64,000 bases of DNA from Octopus sinensis (GCF_006345805.1 NC_043000.1:29202001-29266000), one strand, 5' to 3'. Counted from the stretch's first letter, positions 14,015 through 27,083 are shown. Numbers and translations are program-made. Notes: generated by a model not told the origin, from the sequence alone.

Positions 14015-14020
<6 letters not shown>
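13793..14020. repeat. Foldback, ~106-bp arms with 16-nt loop
   Basis: 13793-13898 is the reverse complement of 13915-14020 with about 3 mismatches. Confidence 0.9.
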
Positions 14021-14075
<55 letters not shown>

Positions 14076-14076
<1 letters not shown>

Positions 14077-15118
14077 ACGGGAAGCTTTATGAAAATAGAC
14101 AAAAGACGAAGGCAGGTGGAAAACAAACAAACAATTGTATTAGTATGGCGCTCAGGAAATATAAATAAAACAAGTCTTTAACGTTTCGAGCCTACGCTCT
14201 TCAACAGAAAGATACACAGAGAAAAAAACACAGAAAGAAGGAGAGAAAAAAATATGCGTGCAGTAACTAACGAATCAACATGGCGATCTGATTTCGGCCA
14301 GAAGTCAAAGATCAAACATGAGACGCGAGAGCGAAATTAGGGGAGATAATAGGGTTGAATGACCTACTCCAACATAAGGGTGTGTGTATGTGTGTGTGTA
14401 TGAGAGAGTATTAGTGCGTATGAGAGGTCTGGACGTGTGTATGTATATATGATGTGATGTGTAAAGTCGTGTGGTGTAGTGTGGAGAGAGGAGAAGAGGG
14501 GGATGGGAGGGAAGAGGAGGGGGAGAAGATGGGGGAGGAGGGGAGGGGGAGAAGGAAGGGGAGGAGGAAGGAGGAAGAGGGAGAGGGGGAGAGAGAAGGA
14601 AGAGAGAAGGAGAGAGAAGGAGAGGGGGAGAGGGAGAGAAGGGGAAGGGAGTGAGGGAGCAGAGGGAAGGGGAAGAGGGAAGGAGGGAGGGGAGAAAGAG
14701 GGAAGAAGGGAAGGGGAGTAGGGGTGAAAGGATGAAGGACTGAAGAGAAGTAGGGGTCGGGGTGGAGGTAGGTGAGGAGGGGGAGAGAGGGGTTAGATGA
14801 GGAGGGGGGAGAGTTGAGACCAAATGGCGTATAAGAGCGAAGAGAGAAGATTAATTCCTGTTCACGGCGCAAACGGGAATCCGGATGGCCTCTGTGTAAG
14901 GACAAACCGAACACAGACAGGTGTTGCAAGGAGTGACCGGTGGAGCGGAAATGGCGTGAGACCGGTGTGTCGTTCGCAAGGTGGATGTCACGAAGGTGTT
15001 CCGCGAACCGGTCAGCCAAGCGGCGTCCCGTTTGTCCGATGTACAAGGAATGGCAGAGAGAGCAAGAGACGCAATAGATAATATTGCTGGAGGTGCAGGT
15101 GAAGGAGTTGATGATGCG
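14076..15118 (-). mobile_element. Penelope-like element 3' part: GIY-YIG endonuclease (14813-15118), pyrimidine-rich 3' UTR, hammerhead-like motif
   Basis: [36 protein letters not shown]...[18 protein letters not shown] (Neptune-like Cys pattern); (TA)n on both sides. Confidence 0.92.
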
Positions 15119-15383
15119 ATATATATATATACACATACATATATATATATGCATATATACATACATATATGTACATACATATATAGTATATAGATATGTA
15201 TATACCTATATACATATATATGTATATAGATATGTATATACCTATATACATATATATAGATATACATTTATACAAATATATACATATATATGTATGTATG
15301 TATGCATATATATTATTTACATAAATATATATACATAGTTTATGTGTGTGTGTGTATGTATATGTGTGTTTGTGTATAAGATA

Positions 15384-15614
15384 TATTTCTTTATTGCCCA
15401 CAAGGGTCTAAACATAGAGAGGACAAACAAGGACAGACAAACGGATTAAGTCGATTACATCGATCCCAGTGCGTAACTGGTACTTAATTTATCGACCCCG
15501 AAAGGATGAAAGGCAAAGTGGACCTCGGCGGAATTTGAACTCGGAACGTAACGACAGACGAAATACGGCTACGTATTTCGCCCGGCGTGCTAACGTTTCT
15601 GCCAGCTCGCCGCC
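15384..15614 (-). mobile_element. SINE family A, full length
   Basis: Complete head-core-tail match. Confidence 0.92.
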
Positions 15615-15974
15615 TTTGTGTATAATATATGTTTGTGTATAATATATGTTCATATAAAAGTGTTGTAGTTCGCTTGAAGCATTGTATTACAGAAGTAGAA
15701 AGAGAAAAGGGAATAAAAAAAAAAGCTTCTAACAATGCAGAAAGTTTAAAAAAAAAAACTTTATATTTCAGGCGGGAAAGCCTATCTTCAGAAGGAAGCA
15801 GTCCACGAAATGAGTATTTACATAGATTTCGTTATTCCATTTTAAGCTGCTCGGCGCTTGGTTTAGCAGCAGCAGCAACTCTCCGACCGTTTAAGATGGT
15901 GTTGGTGGCGTATGTTATGATGCTGGTCGTCGTCGCAGTGATGTATTCAGAGGAGCCAGTGTCAGTCATAGTTG

Positions 15975-16540
15975 CCAACACACACTTCGATTTCCTTGGC
16001 AACACGTATAATAAATGTTTAGGCCTACTTGCTTATTACTTAGACTGCCTTGAGCGTAGGACACTCAGTTCTTGCCACTCGTGCACTTTTATCACTACGT
16101 ATATGGACGACATTCTCATGCACACACCTTTCCATGAGGACGCCTTCACAATACTAGAGACATCCAATAATATAGACCAACATATTAGCTTCACCATTGA
16201 ACATCCAAGCAGCGATGGTTCTCTCTTCTTGCTTGACTTTTAGTTAAACATCACAGACAAAGGGAAAAATTGACACGGTGTTCTACCGAAAATCATCCTG
16301 CCGGGATCTCTTCGACCATTACAAGTCGGCCCTCAACATCAGGGAGCTATGTACATAGCGAGATCGCCTGTATATTCAAGAGAGTAACACATGCCGGGAC
16401 GCAAATTGTTCAGTTCCTAAAGGTACTTAGACCAACGGATACCCGACGTCCGTTGTTAACTCCATCCAAGAACACAAGCCAAATAAAGGCAAGAAGGATC
16501 TCTCTAAGACCTGTTTCTCGAAGATACCCAGCTTTAATGA
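15975..16540 (+). pseudogene. Decayed Penelope-like RT/thumb fragment
   Basis: THFDFLGNTY...YMDDI...ISFTIEH...LFLLDF, then TVFYRKSS..DLF.HYKSAL and NGYP in shifted frames. Confidence 0.85.
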
Positions 16541-16544
16541 GAGG

Positions 16545-16940
16545 ACTACCGCTACCATTTACAGAAATTTCTTGCCAATACAGAAAAAGCCAATTTCTAA
16601 CCTAGATTCAAGGCTCCTTCATTGGAATTTCAACGTCAGCAACAAGGTGCTTTTATTTGTATGTATGTATGTATGTATGTATGTATGTATGTATGTATGT
16701 ATGTATGTATGTATGTATTCTCATGCATATAGTTACATATTTAGACATACTCCTATATATTTAAATGATAAACTTCTGATAAGTTATATATATTTTTACA
16801 TTTCCTATGTTGAACTGGATCTGTAATCTTCGAATTAGCTTTGTCCTGTCTGGTTTTGAAAAGCCTAATTTCTTAAGATTGGTATTTAGGCAGTGTGTTA
16901 CATATCCCAGGGCCCTAATAGTTACAATGATAAACCTGCT
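16545..16940 (-). mobile_element. RLE-family B LINE 3' end
   Basis: RFIIVTIRALGYVTHCLNTNLKKLGFSKP..RRLQIQ and 3' UTR both match 31550-31945; 5' junction in (CATA)n. Confidence 0.85.
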
Positions 16941-17595
16941 ATGTATGTATGTATGTATGTATGTATGTATGTATGTATGTATGTATGTATGTATGTATGT
17001 ATGTATGTATGTGTGTATGTATGTATATCGATTGCAGCGTGTGAGACATTAAGTTAGCCATTCAGAAAGACACGAAGTCCGTGAACTTCACTTAAATATT
17101 TATATGTAATATGGTGTCACAAGTTTCGTCGCACAAAAGTGTGATCTGTTGACTGATAAAAATTCTGCAGCAGAATATTTTGTCGTTGAACAAGTATCAG
17201 CTTCGAGCGACGACGCTTTTGACACCATATTAGAACGGTCTTTGTGTGTTTCGGAATGGTTTAACTTGTGTCATTCACGCTGCAATCGCTTTAACGTCAG
17301 CGTGCGCTCTCAGATCAAAACACTTTAAATGGTATATCACCACATTAAGGTTTGTTGTTGTGTCGAGCTCTATAGAAAAAACAATTTAATATTAAACTAC
17401 AGCGTTAATCCATACATTTTAGGAGAATTCATACACACACACACTGGCTCTTACAAAGAGATGGTTGTCACTGATTTCGAAGTTTTGGCTTGTAAAAGTT
17501 AATAAATAAATATATATCATATGTTGTACGTCTTCATATATATTATGTATGTATGTATATATATATATATATATATAATATATATATATATATAT

Positions 17596-17623
17596 AGGAG
17601 TGGCTGTGTGGTAAGAAGCTTGC
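17596..17623 (+). mobile_element. SINE family D head fragment
   Basis: ggagtggctgtgtggtaagaagcttgc. Confidence 0.7.
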
Positions 17624-18187
17624 ATGCGTCTGTCAGTGTTTTCTTTACATTGAGTGGAGTCACGACGCTGGTGTGCAGCGTCGTGGATTATTGAACTAGT
17701 AAAGCTCAACTGCAAGGTAAGACTTTTGTTTTTTGGGGATTCAGTGGTGGTCTGTTGTTTGGTGTTTATTTTTTCTTTTCAAGCAAGAAATTCTCACTGG
17801 ATTCCGAGCATTTGTCTGCCTGCAGTTGGGCATAAGTATTTCACTTAGCGGTGAGAAGTGTGTTGTTTTGGGGGCGTGTCCCTCCTCCAACAATTGTGAA
17901 CGTTGTTTTTTTGTTCCTGTTGCTGTGTTCCTGCTAATATTTGGTTGACCTGGAGTGCCGGTGGCCGGAAGATTGTTAGCAGTGTTTTGGGGGCGTGTCC
18001 CACCTCCCAAAATTGTGAAATTTTTTTACCAGTTTTTGTATCAATTTGTTGGTGAAATTTGTGAAGCTTTGTTCCTGTTGCTATACCAGTTGGCCGGAAG
18101 ATTGAAGTCGCTGTGTTTTGGACTCTTTTCTTTCCCTTTTTGTGTTTTATTTGAACACTTTTGTGTGAACATTTCTTCTCCCAAAAT

Positions 18188-19333
18188 ATGGCAGAAAAAA
18201 CGAACAGTATGTTGAAGTGGGAGATTGTCCTACCCAAGCAGTGGTTAAAAGACTTAGAAGAAAGGACGGTGGTGTTGAGGGCATATTTAAAGTTACTCGA
18301 CACCATCAGCGTCTTTCCCAAAGTCGAAATAGAGAAAGTGTTGGCAGAGCATCTGCTAACTATAAAGTTTACGAGTCAGACCTTGGAAGGCGAGGAGATT
18401 CTGTTTCTTCTCACTTATTGTGGGAAAAAGTTGACGAGAGCTTAGGTCTGCGGGTTGCCACCCGGGATGGAACCCGAGCGGACAGAGAACACTATCCGGT
18501 GGGGAATGGGTGTCAGCGGACTCAAGCTACCTCGTGTCAAAATGTTGCCGGCAACTGACTGGGTTGGATCAAAAGCTGTTTTGACCCTGTGGACCCAATC
18601 AGCTAAGAATCTGGTCTTCCCATATTTCCAGACTATGGCCGGGAACAGGTATCCGGTGATACTTGAGGGACGCCTCCCCAAGTGTCACCTGTGCCTGGAA
18701 CCACGCCATATAAAAAAGAACTGTCCCCAGGATCAGAGTAGGGTCCTGGAGCAGTTAGTTGAAGAAGAGCCCCTCCCCTCTCCTCGTTCGGAGGAAGAGA
18801 GGGAGATGGTCGAGGAGGTGGATGTCTTCTCGACGAAAAAGGGCCGAAAGAGGGAGAAGGTGGGTGGCAATGATTGCCCACCGAGGGATCCTAAGGCTGT
18901 GGGAGGGAAGGAAAATCTTCCGGACAAAACGGACAAAACGGAAGAGCTCCACCCTCCCGTGGCAATAGAAATAGAAAAGAAAAATGGGGCATTGCCGGCG
19001 GTTACTAACACTCTGCCGACATGTCTCGAAACCCTGTCGGTGGGTATTGTGCCATCGACGGAAGAAACTGTGGCTCCTTCCTATGTGATAGAAGAAGAAT
19101 GTGTAATCCTCTTTCACAAGGGAGGGGCTTTAGAAAACTTTATAAAGAAGGTGAAAAGAAAAGGCCGGAGGGACGGGGTTCTCTCCTGCACTGAGGACCG
19201 TGATTGGCCTCTGCAGGTGGCTGCGGAGGTAATAGGGGAAACCGACTTGTGCAGGGTAATGAACTTCTCCGAGGATATAATTAAAATTTATACTAAAGTG
19301 TCCCAACTTGGTACCGTCCAGGTGCTTGAATGA
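18188..19333 (+). pseudogene. L1/Tx1-like ORF1 (gag-like, CCHC knuckle), ~381 codons with one in-frame stop
   Basis: Track ORFs 18161-18445 and 18455-19333 share one frame, split by TAG at 18443; V.GLPPGM motif, then EGRLPKCHLCLEPRHIKKNC (CX2CX4HX4C) and a charged low-complexity tail. Confidence 0.8.
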
Positions 19334-19659
19334 GGCAGTGTACCTAGTCGGGCATGGAAGTAAGCGGCTCTAAAGCCTCAAGTTGTAAAAAAGTAAGAGG
19401 CTTAGTGCCTCATTTTTGTAAGGACGTGGAGTCCATTTGTGAAAAATGTAAGAGGCTTAGTGCCTCATTTGAAAGGATCTTGTGCCTCGATGAACTATAA
19501 GAAGAGGTTTATAGCCTCAATTGGTTTTATAAAAGAGAAAAAAGAACAATGTTTTCAGGAGACAACGATCGGCGGACGTCGATTGCTTCCCTCATCAATA
19601 TCATTATTTTGTTCATCATTCATAAAAGAATGAGTCCTGGGGTCAATTTGTTCGACTAA

Positions 19660-19903
19660 ATTGGATGAGGTAGACGGAATCTGAAAGAAGCCCCTCGTGT
19701 AATACATACATACATATACATATACATACCACACACACACACACAATATATATTATATAATACATATATATATATATAGATATACACACATACATATATA
19801 TATATATTATATATATGTATAATATGTATATATATTATATATATGTATATATATGTATATATATATGTATATTATAATATATATATATGTATATATATAT
19901 GTA

Positions 19904-19934
<31 letters not shown>

Positions 19935-20172
19935 ATATAATATATATATTATGCATGTATGTGTGTATATGTGTGTTGTTTGTGGCAGTGTTGTGCCCCT
20001 CCATCGCTTGACGACCAATGCTGGTGTGTGTACGTCCCCATAACCTAGCGGTTCGGCAAAAGAACCGATAGAATAAGTACTTGGCGTACATAGAATAAGT
20101 CCTGGGGTCGATTTGCTCGACTGAAGGCGGTGCTCTAGCACGGCCGCATTCAAATGAGTGAAACAAGTGACA
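19660..20172 (+). mobile_element. SINE family D remainder (end of head, internal microsatellite, tail)
   Basis: gtagacggaatctgaaagaagccc...ccatcgcttgacgacc...ggcggtgctctagcacggccgc. Confidence 0.85.
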
Positions 20173-20179
20173 GTATAAG

Positions 20180-20530
20180 GAATATGGAGGAAGAGATCCT
20201 CTTCGGTCATGACTGGCCGTGGGATTGAACCTAGAAAGTTACCCTCCGCGGCACAAGTCCAGACAAGGTTGCTTATGGAAGGCCAGCAGTCGCCCATGCA
20301 TACCAGCCTCCCCTCTCCACACCACTGATGTTATTCAAGGGAAAGGCAAAGGCTGATACAGCGTGGCACCTGTGACGTCACAACCCATTTCTACAGCTGA
20401 GTCAACTGGAGCAACATGAAATAAAGTGTCATGCTCAAGAACACAACACGCAGCCCGGCCCGAGAATCGAACTCACAACCTCATGATCGTAAGCTCGACG
20501 CTGTAACCACTGAGCCATACGCTTTCACAA
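20180..20530 (-). mobile_element. SINE family C'
   Basis: tRNA-like head plus core plus RTE-like tail; paralog of 222-500. Confidence 0.85.
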
Positions 20531-21088
20531 CAAAGAATATAAATCAAGGGTAGAACAGAAAAGGATATATATATGAATGCACAAACATGCACACACACAT
20601 ACACACACACACACACAAGCGTAGGCTCTGTTTCGGATGAGGCAGAGCATCCAAAATACAGTCAAAAACCAAAATGATTGATTGTTTCCTCATAACTGCC
20701 ATATATTTACCTTTCCCCCATAATTTGCTTCATTTTCAATTTTTGGTTAAAAAAAGAGAAAAAAAAGGGCCTTTGTTTCGTACCCTCATCAATTATAAAA
20801 TATCCTGCTGCTTCTATCGCTGTGGATGTCTATTTATACGGTGAGCTGCATATCTTTACGAGTTGCCAGCTTCCCATGTATAAACTGCACTCACCGATGC
20901 AGAATAATGCCCTTATAACGACATCACTTCTGCGTGTAAAACCTGATCGGCCAGCTATAAATTTCAGGGACTACAAGCGAGATATATGTTCGTTTCCATT
21001 GGCTGGCCCAGATTCGTGGAGTTGACACCAATAATATGAGAGCTAGCAGTAAATAGATGCTCATTCAGTCGCCTATATTCATCATTTA

Positions 21089-21484
<396 letters not shown>

Positions 21485-21691
21485 ATGTGAGAATTTTTCA
21501 AATCCACCGCGCAAGCGCAGTTTTTTTCATCATCAGCAAATAGAAATAATGCTGATTTTCTTTCAAAATTAGCCAAAAGAATTATTATTAATAAATTTTA
21601 CGGTAGTAAAATATTATTTAGAAATTTTTCACCACCGTGGCCTAGCGTGTAGAAAAACTAGTCAATAGACTATATATTATTTATTATATAT

Positions 21692-21880
21692 ATACAGTGT
21701 ACATTTAAACACATAAGAGATGGCCATAATCGGACATCTAAAACGCTAGAAGGAGTAGTTAAAATCAAAACCACAATTAGGGGTAATTTCGAAAGGGAAT
21801 GAAAAATAAGAAAACGTTCGGGAAGGTGAGAAAGTCTTTTACGTTTCGAGCCTACGCTCTTCAGCAGAAAGGAACACGAG
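21692..21880 (-). mobile_element. PLE-derived repeat with H1 hammerhead-like motif
   Basis: Reverse strand reads cctttCTGCTGAaGAGCgtagGCTCGAAACGTAaaaga. Confidence 0.65.
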
Positions 21881-22684
21881 GAAATAAATAAAGAGAATTA
21901 AAAAAAAACTTTTTGTGTTAGCGGTCAATCATGGCGACATACATCCATTTCCCATATAGTTTCCGCCTATCAAATTCTCTCACAAGGTATTGGTCAGTGT
22001 GCGGCCATAGTAGAAGACACTAACCAAAGGTTTCGTGCTGCGGGGCTGAACTCGACGTCACATAGCTGCAATGCGATTCTGTATGCAGTTTGAGATAATT
22101 TAACTTTGAGCTATTTCTAGCAGGTGGAACAACCACGCAGCGGCGCCCTCTTTGGCTCTTGAAAGTTAAACTAATGTGTGAACGCAGAATATAATTATGC
22201 ATCGACAATATGTTGATAAAAATATTTATCGCTGATTCAATTTCTGTGTTTTTCTCGGAATTCCTGTATTTTGCAGAATTAATTCGTGTTTCTTTCGAAT
22301 TTGATTAATGGTCGCTTCATGATTGATAGTTCCGGTAATCCCATAAGACCGAATATTATTATTCGTAAACAATGCTACGATAACAATTTATAGAAAATAA
22401 GTAGTGTAACATGAAATAGTGTTAGCTATCGATGGCGGGGGAAATGTCTGACATCGTTAACGTTCAGGCAGACGTGAAAGGGTCAAATTACTGTAGAATA
22501 ATATTGCAGAAACAACATGCGATCATTTAGTTGGTTACTCAGTCCACTAGAAATAGAAATCAAAATACTCAGGAGTAACGTCCTTTCGTTTTTAAAAAGG
22601 ATGCGTTGGATAATGTAATTCTAGACAAATCAGCAACAACAAAAACCACAACAGTAGCAACAACAGCAACAACAACAAATAATG

Positions 22685-22725
<41 letters not shown>

Positions 22726-22754
22726 TAATAATAATAATAATGATAATAATGGAT

Positions 22755-23134
22755 GGAAGCACTCCGTCGGTTACGACGACGAGGGTTCCGGTTGATCCGA
22801 TCAACGGAACAGCCTGCTCGTTAAATTAACGTGTAAGTGGCTGAGCATTCCACAGACACGTGTACTCTTAACGTAGTTCTCGGGGATATTCAGCGTGACA
22901 CAGAGAGTGACAAGGCCGGCCCTTTGAAATACAGGTACAACAGAAACAGGAAGTAAGAGTGAGAGAAAGTTGTGGTGAAAGAGTACAGCAGGGATCACCA
23001 CCATCCCTGCCGGAGCCTCATGGAGCTTTAGGTGTTTTCGCTCAATAAACACTCACAACGCCCGGTCTGGGAATCGAAACCGCGATCCTACGACCGCGAG
23101 TCCGCTGCCCTAACCACTGGGCCATTGCGCCTCC
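22755..23134 (-). mobile_element. SINE family B, full length
   Basis: Complete match; (TAA)n on both sides. Confidence 0.92.
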
Positions 23135-23162
23135 AATGATAATAATAATAATAATAATAATA

Positions 23163-23218
<56 letters not shown>

Positions 23219-23229
23219 GTAATAATAAT

Positions 23230-23822
23230 AGCCCTAAACCACTATATGTTATGGCGACTCGACCAGGTAGCGAAAGTGCTACATTGGAAACTGTACCAAA
23301 AGTGGGCCTAGCGAGAGGCAAGACGTGTTATGACCACAAACCGCTGAGAGTGACAGAATCGTTGACTAGCAAAATCCTCAAGAATTTCCCAATTGAAACA
23401 GATCAGGTGCTAGAGCTTAACAGACCTGACCTAGTGGTGGTGGACAAGGTGCCCTACATATGCTATATAGTTGATGTTGCATGCCCCTTTGACCCACAAG
23501 TAGTCAAGAAGGAAGATGAAAAGATAGATAGATAGATACAACCCTATTAAGTAAGAAATAGCCCGGCTACGGAAACTGAAGAAGGTGAAGATAGTGCCAA
23601 TTATTGTTGGGTCCTTGGGAACAGTATCAAAAGGCATCAAGAGGAATATAAAAGAGTGCCCAGTAGAACTGTTACAAAACGTTTCCCTCCTTGGCATGGC
23701 CAGAATAATCAGGAAAGTATTAGATAGCTGAAAAGAACAGATAGCTGAAAAGAACAGATAGCATGGTATCATAGGCTGAAAGTAGCAACCCCGCTACGTA
23801 TGCAAGACTTGTGATAAAAAGA
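23230..23822 (+). pseudogene. R4/Dong-type RLE fragment plus 3' UTR
   Basis: DQVAKVLHWKL...YDHKP...NRPDLVVVDK...IVDVACPFD...KKEDEKIDRY...LLGMARIIRKVL*; (TAA)n both sides. Confidence 0.9.
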
Positions 23823-23887
<65 letters not shown>

Positions 23888-23943
23888 CCAGTGTCACTTT
23901 GATGGCATGAACTGCTCTCTCACTCAATAATAATAATAATAAT

Positions 23944-24516
23944 AAGTGCAGAATTTGTGGACAAAATGGTGAAACCGTATGGCATATTACCAGTCAATAT
24001 ACGCCACTAGCTCAGAAGAAATATAGGAGACGCCACGACAACATAGCCAGGCTTGTCCATTGGGCACTTTGCAACAAGTATGGACTTGACAGAGTAAAAA
24101 ATTGGAACGACCATAAACCCGAAAGCATCATCGAAAATAATAATGGAAAGATCCAGTGGGATTTTATGATTCAGTACGACCAAGAGATAGAGAATAGGAA
24201 ACCAGATATAGTCTTAATTGAGAAAGAAAGCAAACTATGCTGGATCATAGATGGAGCATGCCCAGCTGACAACAAGGTATGCGATAAGGAAGAAAGGAAA
24301 GTCGAGAGATATGACAGGTTAGCTTGGGAGGTTAAGCAGTTGTGGTCGATGAAAAAGGTAGCAGTAGTACCAATATTTGTCGGAGCCCTGGGAACAGTGA
24401 GTAAAAATCTTGAGAAGTACGTGGAACAAATAAGGGCTGCAATAAGGGTGGTACACTTTCAGAAAACAGCACTGCTTGGAATCGCTCGAATACTCCAGAA
24501 GGTGCTCGAAAAATAA
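23944..24516 (+). pseudogene. R4/Dong-type CCHC+RLE fragment, uninterrupted 190-codon frame, 5' truncated
   Basis: KCRICGQNGETVWHITS...RRHDNIA...WDFMIQYD...RKPDIVLIEK...IIDGACPAD...KVLEK*; (TAA)n both sides. Confidence 0.93.
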
Positions 24517-24603
24517 GAGGTGTTACATTAGTTCACTGGTTGTGAACCGCTGACACTGTAGTACATCTCCAACGTTAGAAGCTGTGCAAAGAAAATAATA
24601 ATA

Positions 24604-24705
<102 letters not shown>

Positions 24706-25153
24706 GTGATTTGAAATTTTGGCACAAGTCCAGCAATTTCGGGGATGGGGGTTAGTCAATTACATCGATTATATCGATCTTCATTGCTCAACTGGTACTT
24801 AGTCCTTCGACGGAATTTAAACATAGAACGTCTAGTCGGACGAATTACCACTAAGCGCTTCGTCCGGCGTGCTGTTCTAATGATGATGGCGTCGATGACG
24901 AAGGTTTTTTTCTTTTTACCACAAGGGTAGAGATGAGGGGGAAATAATTATGATGGTTTAAAATTTTGGTACAAGGCCAGCAGTTTTGGAAGAAGGGCGA
25001 AGTCGATTAAATCGACCTCCAGTACCCATCTGGTACTTTTTTTATCGACCCCGAAACAATGAAAGGCAAAGTGGACCTCGGCGGTATTTGAACTCAGAAC
25101 GTAAGGCGTGCTAACGATTCTGCGAGCTTGTCGTCTTAGATGGGAACATAGTA

Positions 25154-25540
25154 CAGTGATACCTCGCAGTATGAGTTTAATTCATTCTATGACCGAGCTC
25201 GTCTTACGATTTACTCGTTTTACAAATCAATTTTCCTCATTGAAATTAACTAAAATATAATTAATCCGTTCCAACCCCGCCAAAACCACTCAAAATTAAT
25301 TTTTTATGGGTTTTAAAATAGAAAAAGTGTAGTTACAAGTAAAATGACAATTACGAAAATAGAGAATGCTAAAGAAATATGTAAACTGGTTTTATTAACT
25401 GAATTACATTAAAGAGGGAATGATTTGTGTGCTCGTACTGGGGATTTCTGCTCGTACTTCGAGATACAATTTCGTACGAGTCTCGGCTCGTACAGCAAAT
25501 GACTCGTACATTGGGACACTCGTACTGCGAGGTTCTGCTG
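25154..25540. mobile_element. Tigger/pogo-type MITE, 387 bp
   Basis: TA|cagtgatacctcgcagtatgagt ... actcgtactgcgaggttctgctg|TA; repeated ctcgtac subterminal motifs. Confidence 0.85.
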
Positions 25541-26039
25541 TAATAATACAAATAAAGAAAGCTTTCGTTGATATTTCTCTTCGTCAGGGATGACCTTCAG
25601 CTGGTCAACATTTGCAACAATAGCAAGAAAAACAACAACAACAACAACAGGCGGAACGAAAATTAAAGTTGTTGCTGGTTAACCTGTAATTTAACGACTA
25701 ACACACGTTTACATTAAACTATAAAAACCAACAAACAAACGAAAACCAAAAATTGCAATTACACAAATATTTATTGATACAAGAGAGAATAAATTTATGA
25801 ATGTGTAATAAAAAAAAACTGTTAGACCCGCAGGACATCTCATTGCTGTACACCGTCTCTCATATCACTCTTTATTGTATTAGCACGTTTCACTTTGTTT
25901 AAAAATGTGTAAACATTGTGATGCGGCAATATTTTTCCTTTTTAGTATTTACATTTAAAACACTATAAAAAGTAAATGAATGCTAACAAGACATTTTTCC
26001 ATTTTTATTTTATCGTCTTTCTTTTATCTTTCGTGGTTT

Positions 26040-26462
26040 ACTCTTTACTCTCTTTTACTCTTTTACTTGTTTCAGTCATTTGACTGCGGCCATGCTGGAG
26101 CACCGCCTTCAATCGAGCAACTCGACCCCGGGACTTATTCTTTTGTAAGCCCAGTACTTATTCTATCGGTCTCTTTTGCCGAACCGCTAAGTAACGGGGA
26201 CATAAACATACCAGCATCGGTTGTCAAGCAATGCTAGGGGGACAAACACAGACACACACACACATACACATATATATATATATATATATACATATATACG
26301 ACGGGCTTCTTTCAGTTTCCGTCTACCAAATCCACTCACAAGGCTTTGGTCGGCCCGAGGCTACAGTAGAAGACACTTGCCCAGGGTGCCACGCAGTGGG
26401 ACTGAACCTGGAACCATGTGGTTGGTAAACAAGCTACTTACCACACAGCCACTCCTGCGCCT
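26040..26462 (-). mobile_element. SINE family D, full length
   Basis: Head, internal (TA)/(CA) microsatellite and tail all present. Confidence 0.93.
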
Positions 26463-26469
26463 ATGCTTG

Positions 26470-26803
26470 TTAACTTTTATTTGCTTCAGTCATTAGACTG
26501 CGGTCATCCTGGAGCACCGCCTGGAGGAATCTTTCGGTCGAATGAATCGACACGAGTATTTATTTCGTTTTTCCAAAGCCTGGTGCTCAGTCTATCGATA
26601 TCTTCCACCGAACTGCTAAGTTACGGGGACGTAAACACACCAACGCTGGTTGTCAAGCGGTAGTGGGAGACAACACAGACACACACATATACACACATAT
26701 ATACATGCATATATGTATGTATGTATGTATGTATGTATATTATAGTGGGCCATAGCAATAGGTAATTTTTCGAAAGTTACAATTTTGATGGTCCCACCTC
26801 CTA

Positions 26804-26845
<42 letters not shown>

Positions 26846-26995
26846 GAATTTATAAAAAAAGAAAAGACGAAGACGGGTGTGTAAACAACAAACTGATGTA
26901 TTAGTTTAACGCTAGGGAAGGGTGAAAGTCTTTTACATTTCGAGCCTACACTCTTCGACAGAAACGAACACAGAAATATACAGGGAGAGAAAATA

Positions 26996-27033
<38 letters not shown>

Positions 27034-27042
27034 TATATATTA

Positions 27043-27083
<41 letters not shown>

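Noticed and set aside
15629-15975. Hydrophobic, membrane-like N-terminal part of ORF 15629-16243
   Set aside because: Only the 3' part has PLE RT motifs; the rest has no supportable identity
20820-21030. Promoter-like patch (CCAAT, actacaa, donor-like sites on both strands)
   Set aside because: Short motifs only; no supporting exon or ORF
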